64,000 nucleotides of DNA, taken from assembly GCA_043228905.1 (NCBI GenBank), contig JBHGNT010000012.1, positions 8,804,001 through 8,868,000 on the forward strand. The letters run 5' to 3'. Origin of the DNA: Azolla caroliniana. Lineage: Eukaryota > Plantae > Polypodiophyta. Numbering within the stretch: the stretch's first letter is position 1; the number at the start of each line of letters is the position of its first letter. The notes beneath the pieces were generated by a model that saw only the letters and a list, made by a program, of their open reading frames with translations, was not told the origin of the DNA and made no database searches. Positions 48,199 to 62,679 of the stretch are shown here, piece after piece. A program made the translations under genes and the position numbers.

Positions 48199-51100
48199 TG
48201 TCATAGACACGATGGAATGTAGGGGGTCAAACCCATGACCTCCTGGTCTTATTGAGCAACCTTACCAATTGAGCTACATCCATCTATGTATTATTGTATT
48301 GTATAAGTTTCAACTTATTACATTCTATGTTAATCACTAGAACTTTCAAGAAACTTCTAGAGGATGCATCTTCATGTACTCTCTAGAAGTTTCCATGCAC
48401 TCTCTAGATGTTTCCTAGCTTGCATGCATACCACCACATTCTTGTATAAATACTTTGGTGCACCTTGATTACAATCAAGGTGAACAGCACAAGTAACGGA
48501 AGCATAATTTAGTTCTGGCTCTTTTGTCTACCCTCTCTGTCTGTTGTTCTCTTGTCTATGCTCTCTCTATATATATATATCTATGTTTCGCTCTCTCTTA
48601 ATATTTGGCTTGCCTACTTATCCCTGTCCCGGTCTACACGTCCATGACAGTTAGTTCACCTTCCCTTCTTGTTACCATGTCCGACACGGCCTTAAGCCAA
48701 GTAATGACAGCCTTGGAACAACTTCAATTAGAAAATGAAAGCCTTCGTCAATCATTACGGCACCTTTCGTTAGCACCTAACCCAACCCCTTCCTCTTCCG
48801 ATTCATATGTCCTCGAACCTAACGTCAACCTACCTAGCAAATTCAACAGCTCGAAGGTGCATCTTCATGTCTTCATCAATCAAATTCGGCTTATCATCCG
48901 CTTACAACCCCAACATTATGCTAGTGATTTCTCTTGGGTCGGCCTCGTTGGCACCCTTCTCTCGGGGCCGGCACAAGCGTGGTTCGCACCACTGATCAAG
49001 AACTCAACCCCATTCTTAGACAACTTTCCTGCCTTCCTTGCGGACCTTGAAGCCACATTCGGAGAGACAGATCGAAGATGAACAACACTCACGAAACTCT
49101 ATTCCTTACAACAAGGCTCTTGTCTAGCTTCCGTCTATGCTTCAAAGTTTCGTCAGATCGCGTGCGATATCAGCTGGGATGAGCAAGCTTTATGCGACCA
49201 GTTTCGTTGAGGCCTCAGCAATGATGTCAAGACTCTAATCTTAAACTTTCCGGAGCCCACATCATTGTCCCAGGTAATCTCCCAATCCGTTCAATGTGAT
49301 AGTCTTAGATCTTCGACAAGAGGAATGGGGGACTCGAGGCTTTCTGTCTTTCTCCCACAATGCTCCACTCACAAGGCCATATATATCAGTTTCGCCAAGC
49401 ACGCCACAGTTGCCATCTTCCAACGATACTCATACCCCGATGGAGGTCGACCCCCGTACCCCAATGGAGATCGACCATGCTCGGTTCCAACCATTAACCG
49501 ATGTCCAATGGCAACATCGACGTGACAATAGCCTCTGTCTCTATTGTGGTACCCCTGGCTATGTCATCCGCCATTACCCGATGCACGGGCCTCGTCATCA
49601 ATCCCACCGTGCACATCTTGTAGAGGTTTCTCGACAACAAAAAAACGATCGTGCATGTCTTGCGGAGGTTTCTAGACAACAGGAAAACGAGCAAGTATGG
49701 CTGCAGTAGGAGCCATGCTTTTGGACACTTCCCGTCACCCTACTTCTCTATGCTCCTACAATTCAGTCACGCCAGTAGGAGGTTTTACTTTGCAAGTAAG
49801 TCTTTGTTTTAGGTCTATTTCAATAAAATCCCATGTCTTGCTCAATTATGGTGCATCTCCTTGTTTCATCGATATCGCATTCGTCCGAACACATAAAATC
49901 CCCACCATCCGCACAACACAACCCATATCCGTTGAAACTATCGACGGACGGGTTCTCTCTTCAGAGCGGTTACTGAAGCCACTGTCTCGTTGGTACCTCA
50001 AGTTGGGTTCCACCAGGAGGTATTAACATTCTATCTCATTGCAACCCCTCGACATCCGATTGTTTTAGGGCTCTCCTGGTTGGAAACACACAATCCAATG
50101 GTGGATTGGTGAAGCCAGTCGATCACCTTTCCACAAACACCAGCGCGGGTCTCTTCCACAAACACCATTACTTGTGTGGGGGTTGCTTTTAGCTTGGGTG
50201 CACATTGTTCTGATTTCAACTCAATCTCTGACGTTGCCGATTCCATTGTGGTCGATTCTAGCGTGGTCGCTTCCATGCACGTTGTGTCACAGGACGTCTC
50301 TGTTCCTGTCACCAATTTGCCCGCAATATATAGTGATTTTTTGGACGTGTTCGAAAAGCGAAATGCAGACCGGTTACTGGCACATCGCCCCTATGATTGC
50401 CCAATCGAACTCCAAGATGATGCACATCCACCATTTGGGACCATCTATGGGCTATCTGAACCCGAACTTGAGGCTCTTCGCACATATCTGGGGCTTCATT
50501 CAACCCTCCAAATTACCGGTTGGGGCCCCAATCTTATTTGTCAAGAAGAAGGATGGCTCATTATGCCTATGTGTGGATTATCGAGGTCTCAACAAAATTA
50601 CGCTACGTAATCGTTATCCCTTGCCTTTAATTCCAGCACTCCTTGAGCGACTTTGAACCGGGAGTATCTTCTCCAAAATCGAGCTTCGGGGAGCCTACAA
50701 TCTGGTGTGTATCAAGCCAGGAGATGAATGGAAATCTGCCTTCTGAACACGCTATGGACATTTCGAGTACAAGTGATGCCCTTTGGTCTCACCAACGCCC
50801 CGAAGGTCTTTCAGCACATGATGAACAATATATTTCGGGAGTATCTCAATCACTTTGTGGTGATCTACCTCGACGACAGTTTAGTTTTTTCTTCCAACAT
50901 AGAGGAGCACACCCGACACGTCCGACTGGTTCTATCCAAACTTTGGGAACATGGACTTTACGCCAAAAGTGAGAAATGTGAATTCAATCGGACCTCTGTC
51001 GAATTCCTAGGCTACGTGATTTCACCCTCCGGGATCACAATGGATGCACGCAAGGTAGCGGTAATAACTGATTGGCCTATCCCTACTTGGTTGAAAGAGG

Positions 51101-53240
51101 TACAATCATTTCTTGGTTTTGAAAATTTCTATCGACGATTTATCAATGGTTTTTCCTCTTTAGTGCAACCTCTAATCATCCTTACTAGAAAAGATACTCC
51201 ATTTCTTTGGACCTCTGCGGTGCAAAGTGCTTTTGATGCCCTCAAGGCAGCTTTTCTCACAGCCCCAGTGTTGGTCCACCCTGCCCCACAAGGCCCTTCC
51301 AAGTTGAAACTGATGCCTCCAACTTTGCCATTGGAATTATCCTATCCCAACCAGACGACAAGGGCACACTACATCCTATTGCCTTCTACTCTCAGAAGTT
51401 TACCTCCTTGAAAATAATTATCCAGTCTACGACAAGGAGCTTGCAGCAATCATATATACCTTCACTGAGTGGCGACCCTATTTGTCTGGGGCCCAACATC
51501 GCATCTAGGTCCTGACCGACCACAAAATTCTAATTTACTTCACCACCAGTCGTACATTGAATCAGAGGAAAGCTCGATGGTCAGCTTTTCTCACCGACTA
51601 CAACTTTGAGATCTTGTTTCGACCTGGAGTTCAACATGGGAAAGCTGATGCCCTCTCCCGGCATCCTGATTTGGCATTGCGCCCAGGAGATGACGCATAT
51701 TCACAACAATCCCATTGTTTGTTGCGGCCCGATCAACTTCAAATGTTCGGCACCTGCATGTTGCATGATGATTCTTTGCTCAACGAGATTGTCACAGCAA
51801 CCACATCAAACCCATTCGCCAAAGAAATCATGGCCCGCATCAATGACCCATCTCCGGGCCTGAAAAGCTCATATCTCAACCAATTTACAACCCAAGATGG
51901 GTTACTATATCGTAATCATCTCTTGTATGTTCCCGAAGGATCATGTCGGACACGAGTACTACAAAATTGTCATGATGATCCTCTTGCCAACCACTTTGGG
52001 GTCACGAAAACCCTGGAATTGCTATCTCCAGGGTTTTGGTGTCCGCAACCTTGGAAATTTGTCAAGGAATTTATCAAGACATGCGATGTATGTGCTCGGT
52101 CCAAAATGCCTCACCATTGGCCATATGGTCTTCTCCACCCGCTCCCCATTCCAAGTCGACCATGGGTCTCTCTATCCATGGACTTTATCACCGACCTCCA
52201 TTCCTACAATAATAGTATCCATGGTTCGACTAAGGTTTCCCCCTTCTTTGCAAAATATGGATTTCACCCTCGTTTCAACATTTCCATACCTACAACTTCG
52301 GTCAATCCATCGGCAGAGACGCGTGCCCACTCTTTACACGATGTCCATCATGATCTCGCCTTGGAGCTCCGTGTCGCAAGCGACCAGTAAAAGATCAAGC
52401 GGACCGACATCACTTGGCTGCACCGATGTTTGCAGTCGGGGAAATGGTTTGGTTGTTACGTCGTCACATCGCCACCACACATCCTTGTGCAAAATTGAAC
52501 TACAAAAGACTAGGCCCTTTTCGGATCACCGAGCGGATCAACCCAGTCGCCTTCCGGTTAGCACTTCCTCCAACATTCAGGATTCACAATTTTTTTCACA
52601 TTTCTCTCCTCAAACTCTACCCTCCTTCTCGAATTCCGGGATGACAACCTCCTTCACCATGACCTATGGAATTGTCAACATGCGAAGAATATGAGGTTGA
52701 CCAAATCCTCGACTCTCGATATCGTCATTGAAAACTCCAATATTTGGTCTTATGGAAAGGTTACCCCATATCAAACGCCACACATGGGAACCAATTACAC
52801 ATTTACAAAATGCTCAGGAGGTCATTCACGATTTTCATCAACGATACCCACATAAGCCAACCACGAGTTCTGGGAGGCAGCCTTAGAGGGAAGATAATGT
52901 CATAGACACGATGGAATGTAGGGGGTTGAACCTGTGACCTCCTGGTCTTATTCGGCAACCTTACCAATTAAGCTATATCCATCTATGCATTATTATATTG
53001 TATAAGTTTCAACTTATTACATTCTATGTTAATCACTAGAACTTTCAAGAAACTTCCAGAGAATGCATCTTCATGCACTCTCTAGAAGTTTCCATGCACT
53101 CTCTAGATGTTTCCTAGCTTGCATGCATACCACCACATTCTTGTATAAATACTTCGGTGCACCTTGATTACAATCAAGGTGAACAACACAAGTAACGGAA
53201 GCATAATTTAGTTCTTGTTCTTTTGTCTACCCTCTCTCTC
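48199..53240 (+). mobile_element. Tcn1-like chromovirus (Ty3/Gypsy), degenerate, 3' LTR truncated
   Basis: 5' LTR TGTCATAG...CCATGACA (48199-48649). 3' LTR starts at 52898 after PPT AGAGGGAAGA. Gag from 48677 with CLYCGTPGYVIRHYP; RT YPLPLI, YLDDSLVFS; integrase SLSMDFITDL, RLGPFRI; chromodomain EYEVDQILDSR...YLVLWKGYP...WEP. Confidence 0.9.
48211..48284 (-). ncRNA. tRNA-derived module (Pol III A/B-box-like) in LTR U3; second copy at about 52910-52983
   Basis: Minus strand GATGGATGTAGCTCAATTGGTAAGG...GAGGTCATGGGTTTGACCCCCTACATTCCATC; the 3' LTR copy has GGTTCAACCCC; the two ends can pair. Confidence 0.6.
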
Positions 53241-54690
53241 AAAGTCGGCTTCAACATTGATCGAGCTCAACCTAAAGATATTGAATACTATGAGTAGAAG
53301 GTTTAAGAGAGAAGAAATATTGACCTCTAATTGAGATTCTTTATATGTGTATAACACAACGCCCAAACTTAACCTATATGGTGGGAGTATCAACAACAAT
53401 CCTAAAGGATCTAGAGAAGAGTCTTTGGCAGGTTGGAAGGGCCTAGTAGTAGTTGATTGGTTGATTCCTCAATTGTGAGCAAATTTAAGTGATATCCAAC
53501 TATGCTACGCTTTATTTCAAAATTGAGGGTAAGAAAATATTGATCCTTATGACATAAGTGTAAAATTGTCCTCGTGGGCTACATTAAAGTCAATCTAGAC
53601 TAGATTTAAGTAGAGGTTAAGGTCCAAGCTGAATATGAATGATTTTTTTAGTCAAGACTATCACATTTCTAAGGCTAGAGATGTATCAAAGGGGAAATAA
53701 GAAGCTCAAACCAAATATGAATGCTTACTTTTCAAAGCATTTGGGTCGGAGAACTCAAAGTCGGCTTCAACATTGATCGAGGTCAACCTAAATATATTGA
53801 ATACTATGAGTAGAAGGTTTAAGAGAGAGAAGAAATATTGAACTCTAATTGAGATTCTTTATATGTGTATAATACAACACCCAAACTTAAACTATATGGT
53901 GGGAGTATCAACAACATTCCTAAAGGATCTAGAGAAGAGTCTTTGGAAGGTTGGAATGCATCAATCTTGGGCAAGCCACAAATTTATTTGGATAATGTGA
54001 TGTCAATTGGGATAGGGATCAAAGGGACAAGAGGTAAGCCTTTGATTTACTTTATTAACCTTTAGAGTCCAAAATATTTTCTTGAACCATAATAAACCTA
54101 TCATGTTTCACTATCCTCAATCCACACAAAGTAAAAGGTGGCATTTTGGTGGCGTGTGACATAGGAAACAAAGTGGGCATTTGGAGTATGGTTGACATAA
54201 TTTTTAGAGAAAGTGGGATTTTTATTCAAGGGGAGCAAATGTGAGCACGTGTCAATCAAAGTTGCATCACTATTACACAAAATCATGTATTCCAAGGGCA
54301 AACCAAACATATAAAGATCTAATATAAAAGGTCACTTTGGATCAGTTGAGAAAATTGTAAATCTATTCACAAAGCTTGGTACCTAAGTGGATTAAGAAGC
54401 TATTGTGGATTCTTCAATGGGGAAATCCAAGAGAAGTGTGTTATGAGACGACTGTACAATCTATTCATGAAGGCATGGGACTTAAGTGGGGATTAAGAAA
54501 CTGGATTAAGAAGCTATTGTGGATTCTTCAATGGGGAAATCCAAGAGAAGTGTGTTATGAGACGATTGTACAATCTATTCACGAATGCATGGGACCTAAG
54601 TGGATTAAGAAATTGTTGTGGGTTCTTGAACAATCTCTTTATGAAAACCTAGGGACTAGCATGGATTAAGAAGCTATTGTTGATTATTTG
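53238..54690. repeat. Direct repeats of an unclassified degraded element
   Basis: About 200-bp repeat (CTCAAAGTCGGCTTCAAC...) at about 53238 and 53755; recurring GGATTAAGAAGCTATTGT units at 54389-54690. Confidence 0.75.
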
Positions 54691-57600
54691 CTAGGAAAAT
54701 CCAACCAAAGAAATTATTTGAGTTTAAGGATGTGGGTCTTTAGGCAAGATTGAATCATGTCGGTTGTTGCAAGAGGACGATGCAAAAATCTAGAAGACAA
54801 ATGATGCAAGAGTTTGAGCACTTGAATGATTTAACAAGGTGGGCAATATACAATGGTGCTCAAATGACTCTTCCCATCGAGGACTCCCTCATCCAACATC
54901 CCCCTCCCATCCCTGGACTGTAGAAAGATCACTCCAGGCTTCACGTTTTTAGAGTTAATCGAAGCCACAAAGCTATATATGAGGCTTGGCCCATGTACAT
55001 ATGATACCTCTTGTACTTCTTCCTAAGTAATGGGTAACATTGTTTTTGGAAAAAAAAACAAGACTTTACTAGTACTACATAAAAGAGGAAAAGGATTCCA
55101 TATCAAACTAAATGTACATGTGGCAATTTAAGGTTGTTATTCGATGTGAACATACCCTCAACCATGCTACACATGCAATTCGTCAATGGAAAAGGTGTTT
55201 TACATATGTGAAATACGTTAGTATTTTAAGATAACATACGACAAGTAGACTGACTATAAATTATTGTATAAAAAAAGAACCTTCACTAGTGCATTTTGAG
55301 AGTTATAACTATCTTTTTTCTTGATTTGTTCACTTACAACACATGAGTTATATCTCCTACGTGAGAGTTCTCTATTTGTTCACTTTGGACACATGACCTA
55401 TAGCTCCTATGTCAGAAACCTTAATATTGTAAATGTGCACGCACACACAAATTAAATAACCAACAAGAATTAGAAATATATTTCCTAAACAATTCATCAT
55501 AGAACACGAAAAACAAACTTGTATGAGCATAGAAACCATATTCTCGTTTTGCTAGAAGAATAAATACATACAAGGCTTTGCCGTGTGCGTTCAAAATTAA
55601 CACCATAATTTAAAAAGGCCTTTATGCAAATAATCACATAAATTTGTTTGCGAATTACATGAGTTACAAATAGCAAAACTTCTCACTATTAGAACAAGTT
55701 AATATTACAAAGACTTGCCAAGACCTCTATAAGGATAACCATAATGCCACGTTTTTCAAATTTTTTTACTAATATTATAAAGACTCACCAAGAACTCTAT
55801 AAGGATAACCATATAACACCATGATTTTCAATCTTTTTTGTCAATCACAAATAGCAAAACTTGTCTCGGTATTTAAAACACCATAATATTACATCCGACT
55901 TACCAATACCTCTACAAGAATAATCATAATGCCACGATTTTCAAATGTTACTTGTGCTTACGAAGGACATAGATTTGAATTGTCTTATCAAGTACAAATT
56001 ACATAAATGTATGCATAATACATACAAATTACAATGACATATTCAACTTGATACCAACTCCAAATTACACAAACATATGTATAAGAAACAATTGAAATCA
56101 CAACAATACATTCTACTTGAAACTATGAAGCCATCATACAATGTTCAAGTTCGTATTAGAAACCTAACATTAGCATTTTCCACAAAGCCACATATGATGT
56201 TCAACTTTATACTACAAACCTAACATTAGAATTTTTCACAATATAAAAATGTACAAAGCCCCTATAAGAAAGAATTCAAATTTCACATCACAACAATAAA
56301 TTCTACTTGAAACTACACAAGTTCATACTACAAACCTAACATTAGCATTTTTCACTATGTATATAACTCGTACGAAGCCACTAAATAGCCCACATAGTAT
56401 TTTCATTTCACAAGTTATCAATGTAGGAGAAAAGCCTAGGATAGCTTTTTTCAAGCCTATAATATAATGCTTAATAACATGTTCAAGACTTGTGTGAACT
56501 ATATAAATATCACATATTCCCTTGGCCTCGATAACCAAGACTATGTAAACTTCTTCTTGTAACCAAATGATACGTACTTTGAACATCGTGGCTCATACAC
56601 ATATGTGATTTACATGCAAATCTAAGTTCAAATTATAAAGCACCATGAATGCAATCATGGGTTTGCATACATAGGGTTTGACACTATTTGCACCGAAAAT
56701 TTACATGCATTGCTATGATCACAATCAAACATAGTAAGTTTTAACTCCCATATTGAACCATAGTATATGGTTGGGACTTCTACACTTGTGTAATAGTTAT
56801 TACCTCCTTCCCGGTAATACAATTGTTACCTCCTTCTCGAGACATTTCAAAAGTTTGATTTGCATCATATGGAGATATCATTTAGATGGTTAAATAGCCA
56901 AAACGAGAGACAACTTACTGACCAAAGAAACAAAAGAGTTGAGTCATTCCATGAGGGAATCTACTTCTTGTACAATGCGTCGAAACACAAGGATGTCTTT
57001 TGGTTCACTTGCGACTTTCGATTGATCGTATCCATCGCCATGGCCATCGAGAGATTTATTAGGCTTACTTATGTTGTTATTTCCTCTACTTAGTTGGCCC
57101 ACATGAGGATGATGACGAGCTATGTCATGAGGTTTGCTTTTCTCTTGGCAAGGTGGGCATGATAACATGGGTTGAAGTGACTTCTCGCCAACTTCTTTGC
57201 CACCTTCAACTATGCCTTCCATCCCTTCAACACACCACACATACACGCGCACATACAAGTAGAAATAGATAGCTAGCATATCTATGCCGCTTTTGTAAGT
57301 ATTTCTATATTGGCATGTATGTTACAAACACATGACACGTTAATATCATGTACATTTTCAGTAAAGAGAGATTATATATTGGTTACACTATACTCTATAG
57401 TGGAAATTGATAAGGTAGTCCAATGAAGTTCATTAAACTTGAGCGCATGGGTATATTAAACTGTGTTACAAAGTTCAATATAAAAAAACAAGCGTGTGTA
57501 CACATGCATGTGTGCCATATTTTTCTTCCTCATTAGGTTTATGCTCAACTATACAACTGGCTCTTCATAGCTAAGTTAGGTAATGATTTTTTTCAATTCA

Positions 57601-59649
57601 TGGGTGGTTCAAAATAAGAAATAGTACATAATTCTCTATAAAGCTTAAATCGTTGTTGTTTTCCACAATTATTCAATAGAAATGGTTGGAAACCACATTA
57701 ATGGCATTAGTATGATACAATGCGAGATTAGAATAAGTTCTTGCTTTTTTGGAAAAAAAAAGAATAAGTTTGTGCTGGTTGTCCAAGGGCTTTTGCAAGC
57801 AAATAGCGTTTCTTTATGCTTGTTTTCAATTTGCTTAGAACAAGAATGGGAGGGCAAGATATAATGTAGTCTCCTAAAAATTGTGATGATATTTGAAAAT
57901 GATATTAGCATTAACATGACCTTTCAGGATAAGGCGTGTCATGTAATGGTATTTTGGGCTTTCTAGACGAAGTTTTTGGCTCCTATCTGGTGTCAAATTA
58001 TTGAATAGCATCCACAACTTCATCAGGAATATGCTTGCCTAGGTCAAATTATTGAATAGCATCCACAACTTCATCAGGAATATGCTTGCTAGGCAGGTTC
58101 AATTTTCCATAGCTTCTCAAATAATGTTTTATCAAGGGATAATACACAAAGCAAAACTATTCCTAACACATAGATGTAGAACTTTCATCATATGTGGACT
58201 TACGAAATGGAGATTTTGATTTTGGATGTTCTTAATTGGAAAAGTAAATGTGTTTGGAATCTTATATCCTCTACATGTAATTAAAATGGTAATTACAATT
58301 TGATGCATTCCTAATCTCAAATTAAGAACTTAGGGGGCAATGTGGCCTGAAGTTAATTGATTGTACCGTTTGGAACTTCAAAAAGGAATCATAGCTAATA
58401 CACATGCATTACCCTCTATAACATTACACCTCAACCACATTGATATCTAGTGCCAAATATTAGTAATAATATAACCTCAAGTGATATTCCATGTAGGTTG
58501 TTAAAGATATTGCGTTGTGTAAGAGATCGGCAATCATACTCCTAATAGTCCATGGTGGAGTTGCAAATTGGACGAAATTGAGCACTTCTAGGTTTCAAGA
58601 TTGAGCACACCATTGGGTGACACATGTTTTCATCAACATCCTCATAATGTTTGGAGACCATGAATAATTCTACATGGAGCCTTTGAACCTATCAATTCTT
58701 TGCTTAGTTAAGACATTAAGTTATGGAATGGATAAAGACCATAATTTCATGATTCTAATAGCTTATATAAAGTACAATGTCTATGATGCTCTAGATTCAA
58801 ATAGTAAAAGAATATAAGGGGTACCAATATTTGCATAATACTATCAACATGCTCTTCATACAAATTAATCTTTTTCTAATTTCTATGCCTCACAACTTAA
58901 TGACTCAATATCAAGGAATAAATTTGTCAAATAATTCACACAAAAGGAAAATACAAAGTAGTTCCAAAGGCCTAATGTAACTATGATTTTCAAAGGCCTT
59001 GTGGCTCTCTCACAAAATAAGAAAAACATAGTAAAATAAAATGGGTAATTCACTGTTAAAAGTAAGAATTGTAAACTTAAAATCATTTATTTTTTTAGAG
59101 AATGCCTTTGTAATGATGACTCCACACCAAGGAACAAAATAGTAAGATACAAAAGGGTGATCCACACTTAAAAGTAAGAATTCAACTTCACATTACATTT
59201 TCAAAGAAGGCCTTTGAAGTACTTCACACGCATACTCACAAAATTCATGTACATTTTCAAACAATGCCTTTGAAATACTTCACATGCATACTAATAGTTG
59301 TCAAAGTTTAGCCTCTATATATGCTGAGTCTAGTTTCTGTAATTGCATTTAGGACGCTGTCCAAACACAAGGACTCATCCTTCAATTCCAATTTGAGGGA
59401 TTTTGATTATATGTAGGCAAAGCTTGGTATACCACATAATTTCATTAAAGTAAACTTATACTTTTCAAAGAAAGTTACACAAACCCTAATTTTTTATTTT
59501 AAAAAAAACCAACAATTCCCTAGTAAAATGTTTGTAATCTATCATAAATGTTATCACCTTAGTTGTTAAAGGTAATGACGTCGAACATAACTAAAGAGAA
59601 ACTAGAGAAAATTGATCATTTCTATGGGGATACACACATTGACAAGGGT

Positions 59650-62220
59650 TTATGGAGAGAATGGGCCCAAATTCTATCCATCAACCCAATTGCATCGGTT
59701 GGGGTGAGGGTTGATCCACGTTGCTACCAATAATGTTCAATGATTGAACGGCTTGTAGTGCAGTCTCTGGGGACTTCGCTGCAATGGCGAGTTCTTCTGC
59801 CACATCCATTTGATGTTGGGCTACCTCAACCTGTCCCTTGGCTACCTACAACAAAACAATAAAAAATTCTATTAAATGGGAGTGGACACTCAAGGGAGTC
59901 GACGAATCTATTTAATTAAAACAAGCATATACTTGTTGGGTTATAGGGTCTGGGGTGGTTGTTGCAGTTGACATGGCAACACCCAATTCTGCTTGTGCTA
60001 TGAGAGCTGCTTGATTAGCGACTTGCAATAGAGTGCTTTGTAAGGATGGAGCTTCCGACATAGGTGATGGCGTAGGAAGTGTTTGGTGTGAACCTAGATC
60101 CATCATATAAGAGCATTAGTATCTCAAAATATGACCTCAACGAATTAAGACAAGATTATTATCATTCATTGATTTTGGTAACAATTTAAATTTGTATAAT
60201 GGATTATTAGCACACATTGGTTTGTATATCAATTTAGATTTTTGTTTTGTGGATATAACCACTGTAAGGAGGCTTTGTGTCGTTTTGTCCTTATAATTAC
60301 ACACATTGGTTTGTATATCAATTTAGAAATTACTATTGTGGATCTAACCACAGTAAGCAGGCTTTGTGTCCTTTTTATCCTTATAATTCTGTCTTTGCAA
60401 TTTGCTTTGTGCCCTTTTTGCCCTTGTAATTCTCTCTTTGCAATTTAATATACCTCCAAGCATATACATATTGACAATGCACAACAATCTAGTTGGTGTG
60501 GAATTACACTTAAGAAAAAATAAGCATAAAGAGTTTAGGAACATCATTTCAAGCTTTACATATGTCAAGACCAACTTCCAAGCATCATGCATATATTGAC
60601 AAAGAAAAACATATATAGTTGGTCTGGAACTACACTATATAGGGAAAAATAAGTATAAAGTGTCTAGCTTATGCTAGGAACATCATTAAAAGCTTTTACT
60701 CACAAACCACAAAAATATATCTAGTTGGATATGGTGACAAGCTACGGACATATAAAACCAACATAGGGTAAAACACCTAATATAAGTAACCTTAGATATT
60801 TCCCACTAGGATTCACACATTGTAGATAATACCCTTAACATACTCCACAAAGCCACGATTATACAAAGGCTATCGACATTCATACATATGAAGAATGTAC
60901 GAATGTTCCACTAGCGTCACATTATGAGCTTTTGATCTATAGTATGAATCAAACATAACCTTATGTGCCTCCATAATGTCACATTATGAGGTTTTGATCT
61001 AGGTGGATCATAACAATATTTATATCGAGACAAACAAAACTTACATTGATAATCTAGGGATAAAAATAACGTTCCATAGTTATGATTGGGAAGAGACTCT
61101 AAGATACTCTTAACATTTATGATATTTTTAAGGCAAAAGCCAGTATAGATAGCTTGCTACTTATTTGCCTATGCAATGACACTTAGGCTTCTTGGGTTTA
61201 GAACTCAAGCCAAAGCATTATCATGATGTTCCTAGAGTGAGCATCATCTTTCTAGGTTTGAGAAATAGGGAATTGCAAAGTCTAGCCATTTATAGTATGA
61301 AAATCTTTTGTGATAAGGAAGCAAGCAAGTGAATTTGTTTTTATACTCTCAAGGAAACCTATGTAATGCAATAGGGACTTTTCTTTATTTTCCCTACAGT
61401 ACCCCTAAAAGCTTCAACGATTTCCCAGCAAAACATTACATTTTGTCTCAAGGAAACCTATGTAATACAGTAGGGATTTTTCTTTATTTTTCCTATAGTA
61501 CCCCTAAAAGCTTCAATGCTTTCCCAACCGCCCAAAAGCAAGAGACAAGGAGACATTTGTTGGAAAATGAAGAAAAGGGTGTTCGTGGAAATAATCAAAA
61601 CACAAGGCGGCATTTACAAAGAATGGAAGGGGGACTTCAAAATAGGAGTTCCTCTTACCTTGGCAACAACTACACTCAGGAACCTTGTGAGCCAATTGTT
61701 GGCCGACGAGCTCCGTCTTCTTCTCTTCCATTGGGTTGCACCGGCATTCGGAGACCACTCTTGCAGCCTCGTGGGCGGCTTTATTCGCTACCTGTTGAGC
61801 TAGGTTTTGTTGGGCCATTGTTTCGGCCGCGGCTTCTCGAGCTTTCTCTTGTGCTTGCATTTTCTTTGTTTGGGCTTTCCTCATCGCCACCTCCGCCTCT
61901 TGGTGAGCTTGAAATGCCTCCTTGGCTGCCTTCGCCGCCTATTCCACACACACACACATATATATTCACAAACTTCCATACAATTCTTTTCTCCGTTATT
62001 TATTTCGCACAATGAAGGTTTCCAACACCCTCCTTCAAAAGACTAATGGAAAGAGGAAGTGATGAGAAAAAGACATGGAAGTTTTTACCTCAATCTGTTT
62101 ATCAAAAGGAGATGCATCTGTTTGTTGTTGATGTTGGGGTGGATCTGCGGAATTTTCCTGTTTCTGTTGTGGTGGATTTGAGGAATTGCCCTGTTTCTGT
62201 TGTTGTTCTTGATCGCCCAT
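59650..62220 (-). pseudogene. Probable spliced Q/A/E-rich gene remnant of unknown family
   Basis: GC-richer blocks with GT donors at about 62088, 61658 and 59932, encoding MGDQEQQQKQ..., AMRKAQTKKMQAQEKAREAAA... and LQVANQAALIAQAEL.... Further stop-ridden exon-like blocks extend to about 56400. Confidence 0.4.
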
Positions 62221-62679
62221 CTCTCCTTACTAGCATATCACCTCTGCAACCCCCCCTTCTTCTTATGCAACACTTGGATTGCTTCAAGCCTTCCCACCTT
62301 GACACTTGTCCTCTTTATACACATACGCATTCTATGCCCCTTCTCCATCATGCTACATGAGATTTTCTACATTCACACGAGAGCCCATGCTGACTGAATT
62401 CGTCTGGCCTCATGTGAAACGATTCATCGTACACAATCGAAACCCCTAAACCCTCTGGAGAATCTTCGGCTTCATACAACAAGAGTCTAGAATGGAGAAC
62501 CCCCCATATCACTGATCCCCAGGAGCTAGATGGTCTCATATTACTTCTCTATCAACCTCATAATCGATCCAACCAACTATTGTGAATAAGTAACGATCTT
62601 GATTCCTCTTTGTTAAATTATCCATCTGAATGTGATGTGTGGAGAAATGAATCCAAGTTTCGAGATGATTGATCCTAGT

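Noticed and set aside
48211-48284. Functional tRNA gene
   Set aside because: The anticodon and T arms are not canonical and the sequence is part of both LTRs; kept only as tRNA-derived.
61329-62015. 228-aa plus-strand ORF as a gene
   Set aside because: No recognisable motif; it starts in a local duplication and lies antisense to the more exon-like minus-strand blocks.
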